DNA from: Eremomyces bilateralis CBS 781.70
Taxonomy: Eukaryota
Assembly (NCBI GenBank): GCA_010015585.1
Contig: ML975174.1
Direction: 5' to 3' (one strand)
DNA: 47,147 bases
Below, piece by piece: positions 1-10,233 of the stretch (within the stretch, counting starts at the first letter, position 1; each line of letters opens with the position of its first letter). The notes under the pieces are model-generated. The model was not told the DNA's origin, ran no database searches, and worked only from the letters and a program-made list of their open reading frames with translations. Position numbers and translations under genes: made by a program.

Positions 1-539
1 GTCGACTTTGAAGGTTATTTGTGCTTATTGTTACCTTGAAGCTGAAACCTATTCTAAGTGCAGCGGTCTGCAGAAACATCCTGGAGGCTTGGAGCTGGAG
101 TATATATTTGATATTCCTGGTTCAGACTCTGGCAAACTTGCTTTGTCCAAAGATAAGGATACCCGTCAACACAAATGATCTGGTACAAACGAAAGGACCT
201 AAGTCACTTGTACTGGTGATACTACACAACAGTAAACGGTCAACTAGCAGATGATGATTTTGGACACCAAAGTCTGTCCTATTTATTGTTGTCACTAAGC
301 CAAGAAGGTTAGACTATCAATCGTGCTGACGTTAGGCTCGATGCGAGAATGTAACATGAAGCCTGTAGAGTACTAGGGGCGTCCGATGGCCAGCTATTAG
401 GCTTTCCTGCAGTCATCAGGATTATACCTCGGAGAGAGCCCCTCATCGATCTTCCGATCATCCTCGGAGTGCTCCCCAGAGCCTAGCATCCACATTACTC
501 GATCGCTAATCAGAAGGATACCGAACCCGTATGGCGAAC

Positions 540-2246
540 TCACCCCCCCGTCGTAATCGCCATCCCAATTTCATGCTCCCGCCCATAACAACAGATCCCC
601 TCCGCCGCCATCCCCACATGCCCAACCAATATCCCCGCCACCCGATCCCGCGTCTCCCTCGCCGACGGCCGCTCCTCCGGCAACGGCGAGACCATCCTCC
701 GACATAGTCGCAGCAGCGCAGGCACTGCGCGAAACGCGCGGTGTTCCCGCGTTGCTGCCACCCCCTCCAAGTGATCCATCCAGGTGAGCAGCTTCGGCAC
801 GTTCGCGTGGAACGACGCGTCGACGCGGCTGGGCCCCTTGGATTTCGGGCGGTCGGCGTCGAGTTTGGTGGCGCGGTGTTTGAGGAAGTCGGCGGGGCGT
901 TGCTTGAGGAGGAAGGAGAGGAGGTCGAGGAAGAGGCAGCCGAGGGAGAAGATGTCGGAGTGGGGGGTGGGGATGGGGGGGTCGACAACGGGTTGGAGAG
1001 AGGAGGTGCGGGGGGTGCGGAAGTAGGTGAGGGCGCTGGTGGACTTGCGGCTAGAGGTGGAGGTGGTGCTGGAGGTGGAGACGGAGGGGCAGCGGTCGGA
1101 GGAGCTGGTGCTGGTGTTGGAGGCGCGTTCGAGGCGGAAGGAAGGGGATTTGATGGAGGTGAGGGCGGGCTGGGACTGTCTTCGGGTCGCTACTTGAAGC
1201 TCAGGGGCACTGTAGGTGTATTCTTCCTCGCGGTTCGCTTTCTTATCGCGCTGAAAGGTCCTTAGGCAGCCAATATCGCTGAATGCGATCGAGTTCTTGG
1301 AGTCGATGACGACGTTGCTCGGGCGGATGGCAGCATGGCAGAGACCATTCTGATGCATGACGATGAGAGCGTCCGCCAAGCAGTGCATCCAACCCAGCAG
1401 CAATCGATGTCGATCCGGCTTTGCCAGCCTCTGGTATTGCGGCGGATTACGGTGTGAGATGAAGGACTGTAGAGTATGCTGACCGCTGAACGTGGTGATC
1501 GTGTATCCATCCCCTTGAAAGGTGTAAGACGCATATATTGGCGCGATGTGCGGGTGCACGATCGACCTCGAGGTTCGCACATCTGCGATGAACTCTTCCT
1601 CCAACGCAGTGGACGACTGTGGCTCCTTCAAGCTCACTTTTCGTCGCACGAAAACTTCATGTGGCCGCTTCGGGAAATGCACTCGGTACCAGTCCTGCAA
1701 TGCCACAGCTGGGGGAAGTCGATGGACATACTCGATGGGAACAAACTCGTTGTGCGCGTAGTCGATATGCGAGCCTTCTTTGAGCTCCCGCAACAAGAAA
1801 GTGAATTGGGTGTTGTAAAAACGCCGGAACAAGGCATGATCAGGTTTCACCGACATCTTCAATTGGGGTACGGTATCCTCAGGAATCGGCAGGTCATCAT
1901 CGTCAAACGAATCATCCACGATGGCAAAGATCCGATCCGGAATTCCCAGGTCCTCCAAGATCATGAACCACCGTCGCGCCTTCTTGAGGATCCAGTCGAG
2001 GTAACAGTCGTTCGTCAGGCTGTCGCCGAACGCGAGCGGACGACGCAGCAGAACGCGTTGGTCTGGTCGCACCCGCGATAGGATCAACTCCGGCGTCACC
2101 TTCGAGTCGATCCGTTCGTCGGTCCACCACAGCTGCTGGAGGGGCGCGTGAGGCGTGACGAGGGAGTGCCCGGCATAACCGAAGATGAAGGCGTTCAGCG
2201 CGATGGTGTTGGGCGTGACGACGCTTGATATAGTTCGGGGAACCAT
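540..2246 (-). CDS. Protein kinase-like protein, probably a pseudokinase (568 aa, no intron evident)
   Basis: Kinase-fold motifs: HPHIAPIYASY, WMHCLADAL, HAAIRPSN (catalytic loop position), FSDIG (DFG position), YSAPE, SDIFSLGCLFL, PEERPSA. Confidence 0.8.
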   Translation of the reverse strand: MVPRTISSVVTPNTIALNAFIFGYAGHSLVTPHAPLQQLWWTDERIDSKVTPELILSRVRPDQRVLLRRPLAFGDSLTNDCYLDWILKKARRWFMILEDLGIPDRIFAIVDDSFDDDDLPIPEDTVPQLKMSVKPDHALFRRFYNTQFTFLLRELKEGSHIDYAHNEFVPIEYVHRLPPAVALQDWYRVHFPKRPHEVFVRRKVSLKEPQSSTALEEEFIADVRTSRSIVHPHIAPIYASYTFQGDGYTITTFSGQHTLQSFISHRNPPQYQRLAKPDRHRLLLGWMHCLADALIVMHQNGLCHAAIRPSNVVIDSKNSIAFSDIGCLRTFQRDKKANREEEYTYSAPELQVATRRQSQPALTSIKSPSFRLERASNTSTSSSDRCPSVSTSSTTSTSSRKSTSALTYFRTPRTSSLQPVVDPPIPTPHSDIFSLGCLFLDLLSFLLKQRPADFLKHRATKLDADRPKSKGPSRVDASFHANVPKLLTWMDHLEGVAATREHRAFRAVPALLRLCRRMVSPLPEERPSARETRDRVAGILVGHVGMAAEGICCYGREHEIGMAITTGG

Positions 2247-3084
2247 TGTCCCCGGCCGGTGGAGGGAGGAATGGGGAAAATTGGGTCGTGCTTCAAGAGG
2301 AAAGGATTCTGGATCATCTCCAGCATTTGAGGAGTGAGAGGAGCCAGTGCCCCCATCGCTACACAGCGTTATTCACTCGTACCAAGAAGGCAAGGGAGTG
2401 CGACGGCCTGGGCACAAATACTGGACATTTGCAAATTGCCTGGGTAGGGTGAAGGCAGGATGCGCATGCAGCAACGCGGTGCTACGTGGAAGAAATGACT
2501 GAACCAATATACATAACCGTTGTATGCAGTGCCATGTGGATACAACCGATTGTGCGGAGGTTTCTTTGACAGTTCCGAAGCTAGCGAAGATTCGCCCAGT
2601 GGCATCGACATGCATTGCCTTCACCCTGCCGGAGATTAAAATAAGACAGAGCTGAGATCAATACTGCTGGATCTTGATATGTCGTGCATTGAGGCGGCGC
2701 CAGGGCACACGTTCTTCCGATCTAGAAACCGTTGTGGGACCAAACTTAGAACGACACAACGTGCAGAAGCAAGGCGACAAGTTCATCGACTCGTGGACCC
2801 CCGGTACCCTTCGTTCCAATCTGGTTCCTTGCAGGCGTGGAGGTTGTGTCCAACGGTGCTAAGCGAATGGGGTCGTAGGATGTCCACCGATGGCGCGAAG
2901 TACGGTGAGACGCAATATTGACAGGTCTAGCAAAAGGTGTCGAATCGGGGTCCAGAAAGCGGGATGGGTCCAACGCCAGCGATTGGTACGGTCAGGTTAC
3001 ACAAAATCCAACGCTGCACAACACCACGTCAACACCGCCATATCGATGCGGGGAACCACTGACCGAAAAGGACGCATAACTCCC

Positions 3085-4755
3085 CTACGCCCACATCCCC
3101 AACGACCACTTTCCCCTCTCCCCCGCCGCCCCGATCCCAGGCCCAAAGCTTTTTCTTGTAGGTCCCCCATCGGCGTCCTTGTCCTTCGCGTAGCCCGCCA
3201 GCCCTTCCTTGAGGAACCGGTCCCTGTCGACCTCGACGACGCCTTTGACGCGCAGGAACGCAAGGAGGCTAGCGCCGCTCCAGGCGCCTTGCGTCTCGAC
3301 GAGGCGAAGCATCCCTTGGATCGGGGCGGTCGCGGCGCGGCGATTTTGGATGGATAAGGCGATGGGGTCGGGGTCGGGGGTGCGGTGGGCGGGAGGGATG
3401 TATTCTTCTTCTGAAGCAGAGTCGTTGTCTGTCGGAGTTGGTTTCGTGGCACCCGGGGACGGCGTGGGATTTTTGTTCGTAGTTCTTGGCCGACGAGGTC
3501 TCCCTTTGCCATAGTCGCCCACGGGGTCCCATCCACGCGTCTGAATCAAATATTCCAGCTCTTGCTTGATCCTTCGCTTCAATCCAGGGACGTTTGCGAT
3601 ACCGCCGGTGACAATGATCCGAGACATGCATATCTTGCGCACATCAATCGGCAGGGCTAGCAAGGAGCGGAATATTGCTAACTGGATGGATTGTTCGTGG
3701 TCATCAAGGTCTTTGGTAGCAGAGCCATGAGCAAACAGTGCCGATTCTATTGCAGCTGCAATGTCTTGAAAAGGTATTTGAAGGGTGACTGGCGGATCCG
3801 TCGTCGTGATTTCAATGTCGCTCCGGGGAAGGTCCGTTTCGTCATTTGAAAGATTGGCTTTGGAAGCGCTTCGAGCGTCAGCCAGCTGTCGACACCAACC
3901 GAGCCGGTATAGGACTTCTTCCGCCTCATTGAGACCCAATGTAGGACACTTCCCCGACTCCGATTGACCGTCCGCGAACCGCTTCGACACCTGCTCGTTC
4001 AACAACTTCGCCAACTCCCGCAACACTCTCTTCCCGGCTCGCACGCTCCGTGAATGTGTAATCTCTCGGTACTCCGCCACCGACGTGATGCGCGTCTCCG
4101 CCCAACCCACGTCCACTACCAGACAAGACCGCACCCCTGCCCCGATCGCCGTCGCGATCGAGGAGGAAATAATACTGATGCTCGGAACTTGGATCGAGCT
4201 GAATAGCGTGGACAACACCACCGAGAGGAGCGGCCGGGGGAAGACCGAAGGGAGAACCACCGTCATCTTCCTCGGAAGCAGGTCCAACATCAAATTCGTC
4301 CTCTCAGCCAAGCGTACCGCGCGCTCGATCTTATCCCGCACCAGATCGAGGTCCAACTCTCTCGTATCCATATCCCACAGCTCATACTCGTTCCCCCACC
4401 CCTGCGCCTCCAGTGAAACAGGCCCATCCTCCCGATACCCCGGCAGCCACGGCCGGAAGTCCCCAACGCGCCGCTCATCTTCGGGGCCGAACGTCATGGC
4501 GACCCGATGCGCATGCTCGCCACCGAAGCCGACCCGCAAGTAGCGGCTTCCGAATTCCAGGACGAGGAAGTTCTCGTCCCGGTGCATGAGCGAGCTGGGG
4601 GAGCCGTAGAGGGAGGCGAGAGAGCGGCTGTAGGCGCCGGCGATGGGGGTGTGGGGAGAGTTGGGGGAGGACAAGGCTGAGGCGGTGATTTGGGAGGGAG
4701 AGGGCCGGGCACGCATGGAGGAGGGCTTGCGGAGGGTTTCTGATGAAGAAGCCAT
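3085..4755 (-). CDS. arp11: Actin-related protein of dynactin (Arp11/Arp10, Neurospora RO7-like)
   Basis: Actin-fold motifs LVLEFGSRYLRVGFGGE, LVVDVGWAET, LLALPIDVRKICMSRIIVTGGIANVPGLK, AWSGASLL; C-terminal WSLGMWA typical of fungal RO7 proteins. Confidence 0.85.
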   Translation of the reverse strand: MASSSETLRKPSSMRARPSPSQITASALSSPNSPHTPIAGAYSRSLASLYGSPSSLMHRDENFLVLEFGSRYLRVGFGGEHAHRVAMTFGPEDERRVGDFRPWLPGYREDGPVSLEAQGWGNEYELWDMDTRELDLDLVRDKIERAVRLAERTNLMLDLLPRKMTVVLPSVFPRPLLSVVLSTLFSSIQVPSISIISSSIATAIGAGVRSCLVVDVGWAETRITSVAEYREITHSRSVRAGKRVLRELAKLLNEQVSKRFADGQSESGKCPTLGLNEAEEVLYRLGWCRQLADARSASKANLSNDETDLPRSDIEITTTDPPVTLQIPFQDIAAAIESALFAHGSATKDLDDHEQSIQLAIFRSLLALPIDVRKICMSRIIVTGGIANVPGLKRRIKQELEYLIQTRGWDPVGDYGKGRPRRPRTTNKNPTPSPGATKPTPTDNDSASEEEYIPPAHRTPDPDPIALSIQNRRAATAPIQGMLRLVETQGAWSGASLLAFLRVKGVVEVDRDRFLKEGLAGYAKDKDADGGPTRKSFGPGIGAAGERGKWSLGMWA

Positions 4756-6100
4756 GATTTTGCGAGGTGAATTTGCTCAATCGGGACTTGGATGGGTGTT
4801 GGGGGCAGGCTGGCTCATATATCGGGCTTTGTTCTTAGGGATTCGTCACGCATATGAAGAATTGCCAGGTAACCGCCAAGACTTTGAGCGCGACTGAACT
4901 GAAAAATGGTCGAACAAATGTAATATCCGCATAAACGCTCAATAAGACTCCAGGGGCAATTTGTGGAATGGTAAGAAGTGCTCAACAGCACATGATTAGG
5001 CGAGGAGAAGATGGGTATACGATCGCAAATCCGAGCTCACTCAATCTTAAGGATTATCACAGCAAATGGTCCCAACACCTTCATGGGAGTTTTCATGTCG
5101 CGGAGTAAAGGAGGTTGTGATGTTTATCCTGGACAGCTCGTGGTGGTCTTATTGGGAACCGTTTGATGGGGGATGTCTGTGTAATTATATGTCTGTGTCG
5201 AAATTGAGGCATTAAGGCAAGAAGTTTGCATGTGGGGTGGTTCTCTAATTATCGGATTCAGGAGTTAAGTTGTTCACGATTGTTTTGTTCTCCGAGTCTC
5301 TCTCCAAAGAAGTTCCGTATATTCAAATGCTACAGATGATAGGACGTAATGGGTATACATGCTCGGATCATACTTGATATGTCCCTTGAAATTGCGAAAC
5401 TTATGAGGAGTGATAGGTAAAACGTACCTGAAGCAGCGGGATACATCCGTATCAGTAGCAGAACTGGAGTGAATGGTGGAAATCAACTGCATTATCATCT
5501 GGAACTTCTCGTTGGCGGGTGAAGGAACTGGACGAGGAACTGGATTCAAGTTTCACTGGATTCCATCGCAGGTGAAGCGTCTTGAAAGTGGAGGAGGAAA
5601 GGAAAGTGACTCTCACTTGCTCTTCTCCAGGATCGATATTCCATCCCACATCTTCCACTCTTCATCTTCTTCCACTCTCTTGCCCACACCAATTTTGGGA
5701 CTGACCTTGAATTCGGAGACCCCCTAATATCCCACCACCTTTTCCGTTGTCTATACATGCTCTTTGTTAATTGCTATACCCTCGATAATTCCCTGACCCT
5801 TTTTACCGCCGACCACTCCTCTGCCACCCACCACTTGGAGAGATCGCCTGATTGGCCAGCTTCCGCGGCTACCCAACTTCGACACCTTCGAATCGAATCG
5901 CTCTCCCAACCACGCAACACGGTCTTGCACCGCTGCCTGTCTCAGGCGTCGTTCTACCCAATTTCTCCTGACCGTCAAGGCGTGGCCAAACCCTCTTCCT
6001 TTCTCGCCGCTCATCCCGTCCGTCCGCCGCCATCGTTCCCTCTTCCATCCGACCCGATCCATCGTAACTCGACATCGGGTGACCCCCGAAATCCGCCAGC

Positions 6101-7824
6101 ATGTCTGCCGACCAATTCAAGACGCGGACGATGAAGAGGAAGAATGTGAAGGGCCTGGCTCTATCGTCCACTCCGCGTCCGCCGGTTACTGCTACCGGCG
6201 ACTCACAGGTCGCTGGCGCCAGTGGCAATTCTCGCTCAGATCGCGGCGATACGTTGGAGATTGGCGTGGAGTTCCGGCTGGATCTTCGGGCGGAAGATCT
6301 CGTCGTCCTGAAAGAGCTGGGTTCGGGCAATGGTGGGACCGTCAGTAAGGTCCAGCATGCTGCCACCAGGGTGATCATGGCCCGCAAGGTAAGCCCTTCT
6401 TAATCCTCCGGTCCATCGTGACGCTGACATGGTGAACAGATCATCCGTGTGGAAGCCAAGGAGGAAGTGAGGAAGCGCATCGTTCGCGAACTCCAGATCA
6501 TGCACGAATGCAATTCTCCCTACATCGTCTCGTTCTACGGTGCCTTCATGAGCGAGACAGGCGACGTCATCATGTGTATGGAGTATATGGACTGCGGGTA
6601 AGTATAGCTACACACTTCAACTCGAAGCACCCATGACTCTGACACATCTGTAGATCCCTCGATTCCATTTCTCGCAACTTCGGTCCTGTCCGAGTCGATG
6701 TCCTTGGCAAGATTGCCGAGGCCGTGCTCGGTGGACTCAGCTACCTCTACCGCACCCACCGTATCATGCACCGCGACATCAAACCTTCCAACGTCGTCGT
6801 GAACTCACGCGGTGGAATCAAGGTGTGCGACTTCGGCGTCTCCTCGGAACTGGAGGGCTCGATCGCCGAAACTTTCGTCGGCACCGGCACCTACATGGCC
6901 CCCGAGCGCATCCAGGGCTCCCCGTACACCGTCAAGAGCGACGTCTGGAGCGTCGGCCTCACGCTCATGGAGCTGGCGATCGGCCGGTTCCCGTTCCAAA
7001 CCGACCCCGCGGATGGTGGACCGCAGGGAATCCTCGACCTGCTCCAGCAGATCGTCCTTGAACCTGCGCCGAAGCTTCCGAAGTCCGATGCGTTCCCACA
7101 GATCCTCGAGGACATGATTTCCAAGTGTCTGCTAAAGGATCCGGCTCACCGACCCACGCCGCAGGAACTCTTCGTAAGTCTACATCCCTCCGTGACTTTG
7201 TGGTGGAAACCCTTACTAACAGCCATTCAGGAAGCCGATCCCTTCCTCCTCGCCGCCAAACGCACCCCCGTCGACCTCGAAGCCTGGGCCATCAGCATGA
7301 TGGAACGCCACAACCGCAAATCCCACCTCATGCTCGGCCAACCCGCCTCCAACGCCACCAAAGCCCACATGCTCCGCTCCATCCCCGACACCACCGTCAC
7401 CTCCTCCCTCCCCTACGCCCAACCCCCTTCCTCCCTCCCTACCGACTCCCCCAGCTCCGGCTCCACCTCCACCTCCGGCACCGCGCCTCCCGTCCCCCTC
7501 GGCCACCCCATGTCCGCTACCGACGCATACATGGATGTCGACGTGCACATGAGCAACCTCTCCATCGACGCCCCGCGGATGGCCTCCTCCGCCCGCGACC
7601 CCCCGATGTCCCGCGAATTCCAGCACCGCCCCGCCGATCGCCAATATCCCGCTGACCGCCAATACCCTGCCGATCGTCAATATCCCGCCCGCACCAGCAG
7701 CGCCAACAGCTTCGGAAGCATGTCAGCCGGCATGGGCGGCGTGTCGAACCACGGGAAGCTCGCTGAGCGAGGCCCGTCGACGGGCGGACTTCCCGGGCGC
7801 GACGTGAGGAAGCTGGGTCTCTGA
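6101..7824 (+). CDS. ste7: MAP kinase kinase Ste7 (pheromone/filamentation pathway); exons 6101-6388, 6440-6597, 6654-7173, 7231-7824
   Basis: N-terminal MAPK docking motif MKRKNVKGLAL; ELGSGNGGTV, HRDIKPSN, CDFGVS, SIAETFVGTGTYMAPERI; three GT-AG introns with branch sites, and splicing gives one continuous frame. Confidence 0.95.
7630..7689 (+). repeat. 18-bp coding tandem repeat (PADRQY x3) in the Ste7 C-terminal tail
   Basis: cccgccgatcgccaatat / cccgctgaccgccaatac / cctgccgatcgtcaatat; the units differ only at synonymous sites. Confidence 0.9.
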
Positions 7825-8952
7825 TTGAAGTTCGGGGGGTTTGCGGTTTGTCGACCCCAGCCGGTTATTGATGGATCGCGACGGTGTCCTACCTACGTCC
7901 CGTTGTCTTGCGCCGGAGTTTCTCGGACAGCTTTCACGATGGAATTGGCGCGTGGATGGATTTGCCAGGGAGCGGCATTGATGGATGATACGCACTCGTA
8001 CGCTCTGCTTCACGCTGCATGGATTGTCGACTGTTGTCTTCCCTTGACGAGGCTTTTCGGCCGTAGAGCATTGGTGGCATATTGATGGAGTAATGCAGGC
8101 GTTTTCGGGGGTTGCTAGTTGCTATACGCTGTTGGGCGACGGCGGACTGGATTGTCGTTACGTGCAAAGTTTAGCGGTTAATTCGGCTCTTGAGCGAAAT
8201 ACGATTCAGAAATCAAAATACATCATGCGGGATGTGGGATATGAGATATGGGATGATGTGGTTAGAGTGGTGGCTGGATGCTTTAAAGACCGTGTACCGT
8301 ATCTGGATTTCAAATCGAGTCTTCAGTCTTGTCCATACCTTAGTTTCTATTTCCTTTCATCACTCAACTTTCATGACGATGCATCTGTAGGTCCATGAGG
8401 GATTATCGACTACAGTATCGTGGCGTGGTTGCGTCACCGGGACTAGACTAAGGTACCAAGTCGCCCTCCTCGGCTGGAAGCTTGAAATTGGCGCTTCAGC
8501 TGCTCAGCAGACCACCGCCACCAACACCACCAATGCCATCACTTCATCCCATCCCACAGCTTGCATTCCCTCCTGACTTGTACATACGTACCTTGACTTG
8601 CATTTTCGTGCCGATTCTAGATTCCAGATTCCAGATCCCAGAACTTCGAATTCCCTCGTCCTACCGTTCCATTATCGTTCAACCATCTCTCCTATTGTTC
8701 ATCCCTCTTTTGTGTGGTATATCTCATCTTCATTCGTCCATTGCAGGCATCCCCTCTCCTATCTAGTCCTCCGTGTACAATCAATCTCTCAATAACAACC
8801 ACTGTCCCGTTTCCTATCCTACGTTCTCTCGACTTCGGTTATCTTCCCCGGATCACCGTGTGCGACACCGACTCATATCCACCCACCCCGTCAATCTCGG
8901 CGCCGCTCCCCGCATCCAGCGGAGCGCTCCGGATTGTCCACCCTCCTTTCAG

Positions 8953-10233
8953 ATGAACCCGTCCGACGCTCCGGCGACCACCACCACGTCGTTTGATGCC
9001 GGATTGGCCTACCTGGACGAAGACAGCAACCGTCCTCCCGCAACCGAACGCGTGGAAGATAGCACGGCGAGTCGCGGACCTGAAGACGAGAGCACTAGCG
9101 CTCATCTAGATCGTCCGACAGGGAGAAAGCCGGCGCCGCTGAAGAAGAAGAAGCTAGCTATGGAGGATAAGAAAGAGGACAAGAAAGAGGGATCGCCTCC
9201 ATCAGACACGCAATTCGACGCCAAACCGTCCGCCAGTCTCCCCATCCAGCCGCGCCCTTTAGCAGCATCCGCATCACCACCGCAATCCCCTCCCGACGAC
9301 CGAATCGTCCCCGGATCACCGCACAGCACATCCAACGCCTTCGGCCCCTCCTCCCCCCGCCACCGCCTCCGCTCCACCTCTCCCCGCGTCCACTCCCCCG
9401 CGTCCTCCCAGATCTTCGAACGCAACGTCCAAGAGAGCGTCGACCCGGAAGACATGCCGCGCGCGATCCCCTCGCACATCCAGACTGAAGACCACATCCC
9501 CCCCGTGCTCGAGGCGTCCTCGCTCGCCATTACCGACGACCACCTGAACCCCGACGAGGTTGAGATCGTGATGCACTCCGCCCACCAACCCGCCGCCGCC
9601 TCCGTCGCTGCTGGCACCGACAGCCTCCACTCCGCTCTCTCCGCCTCCCTCCACTCCGCCACCCACTCCCCCCTCCCCGACGACGCCCCATCCCTCGACT
9701 CCCTCCCCCCCACCTCCCCCTCCCCCGACTCCTCCGACGCCTCCCCCCTCGACGCCGCTGACCCCCGTCGCCTCTCCTTCATCTCCTTCGCCGACCTCCT
9801 CCAAGCCGAACACATCGAGACCGCCTCCTCCGCCAGCCCCAACCGCGAATCCCTCTTCCTCCCCCTCCACGCCTCCCCCCTCCCCAACCGCTCCCCGTCC
9901 CCCGTCCCCCGATCCCGCACCTCCCTCTCCTCCGCCCCCCCCGCCTCACCCCCCACCTCTGGCGCCGCCAGTGTCAAGGGGCTCGAGATCTCCGGGGCGC
10001 GCTCGCCGCCGAGGCCGTTGGTGCTGGGGTCGCCCGGGCAGAGCGCCGCGGGGGGGGCGCAGAGTCCGCCGCTGTCCGGGGATTTGATGGTCGAGACGAT
10101 GAGTCAGGCGTTGAGGCGGACGGGAAGTGGGGATTTGAGGGATGGGGGGATGGGGGGATTGGGGGGAAGGAGCGCGCCGGTGAGTGCGGTGACGTTGGAG
10201 GATGCGGGGGCGGATGATCGGTTGTTTAGGTAG
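8953..10233 (+). CDS. Ser/Pro-rich hypothetical protein, probably a conserved fungal protein
   Basis: Long ORF with strong codon bias; ordered blocks SSQIFERNVQE, IPSHIQTEDHIPPVLEASS and RRLSFISFADL sit in a low-complexity background. ATG at 8953 follows tttcag, so an upstream exon is possible. Confidence 0.7.
   Translation: MNPSDAPATTTTSFDAGLAYLDEDSNRPPATERVEDSTASRGPEDESTSAHLDRPTGRKPAPLKKKKLAMEDKKEDKKEGSPPSDTQFDAKPSASLPIQPRPLAASASPPQSPPDDRIVPGSPHSTSNAFGPSSPRHRLRSTSPRVHSPASSQIFERNVQESVDPEDMPRAIPSHIQTEDHIPPVLEASSLAITDDHLNPDEVEIVMHSAHQPAAASVAAGTDSLHSALSASLHSATHSPLPDDAPSLDSLPPTSPSPDSSDASPLDAADPRRLSFISFADLLQAEHIETASSASPNRESLFLPLHASPLPNRSPSPVPRSRTSLSSAPPASPPTSGAASVKGLEISGARSPPRPLVLGSPGQSAAGGAQSPPLSGDLMVETMSQALRRTGSGDLRDGGMGGLGGRSAPVSAVTLEDAGADDRLFR

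Noticed and set aside
1..500. AT-richer left edge as a transposon or gene remnant
   Set aside because: No recognisable motif, terminal repeat or credible ORF
9102..9977. Long antisense and alternative-frame ORFs over GC-rich genes (also 25042-25794, 29693-30541, 15557-16258)
   Set aside because: Shadow ORFs caused by strong codon bias and few stop codons; low-complexity translations
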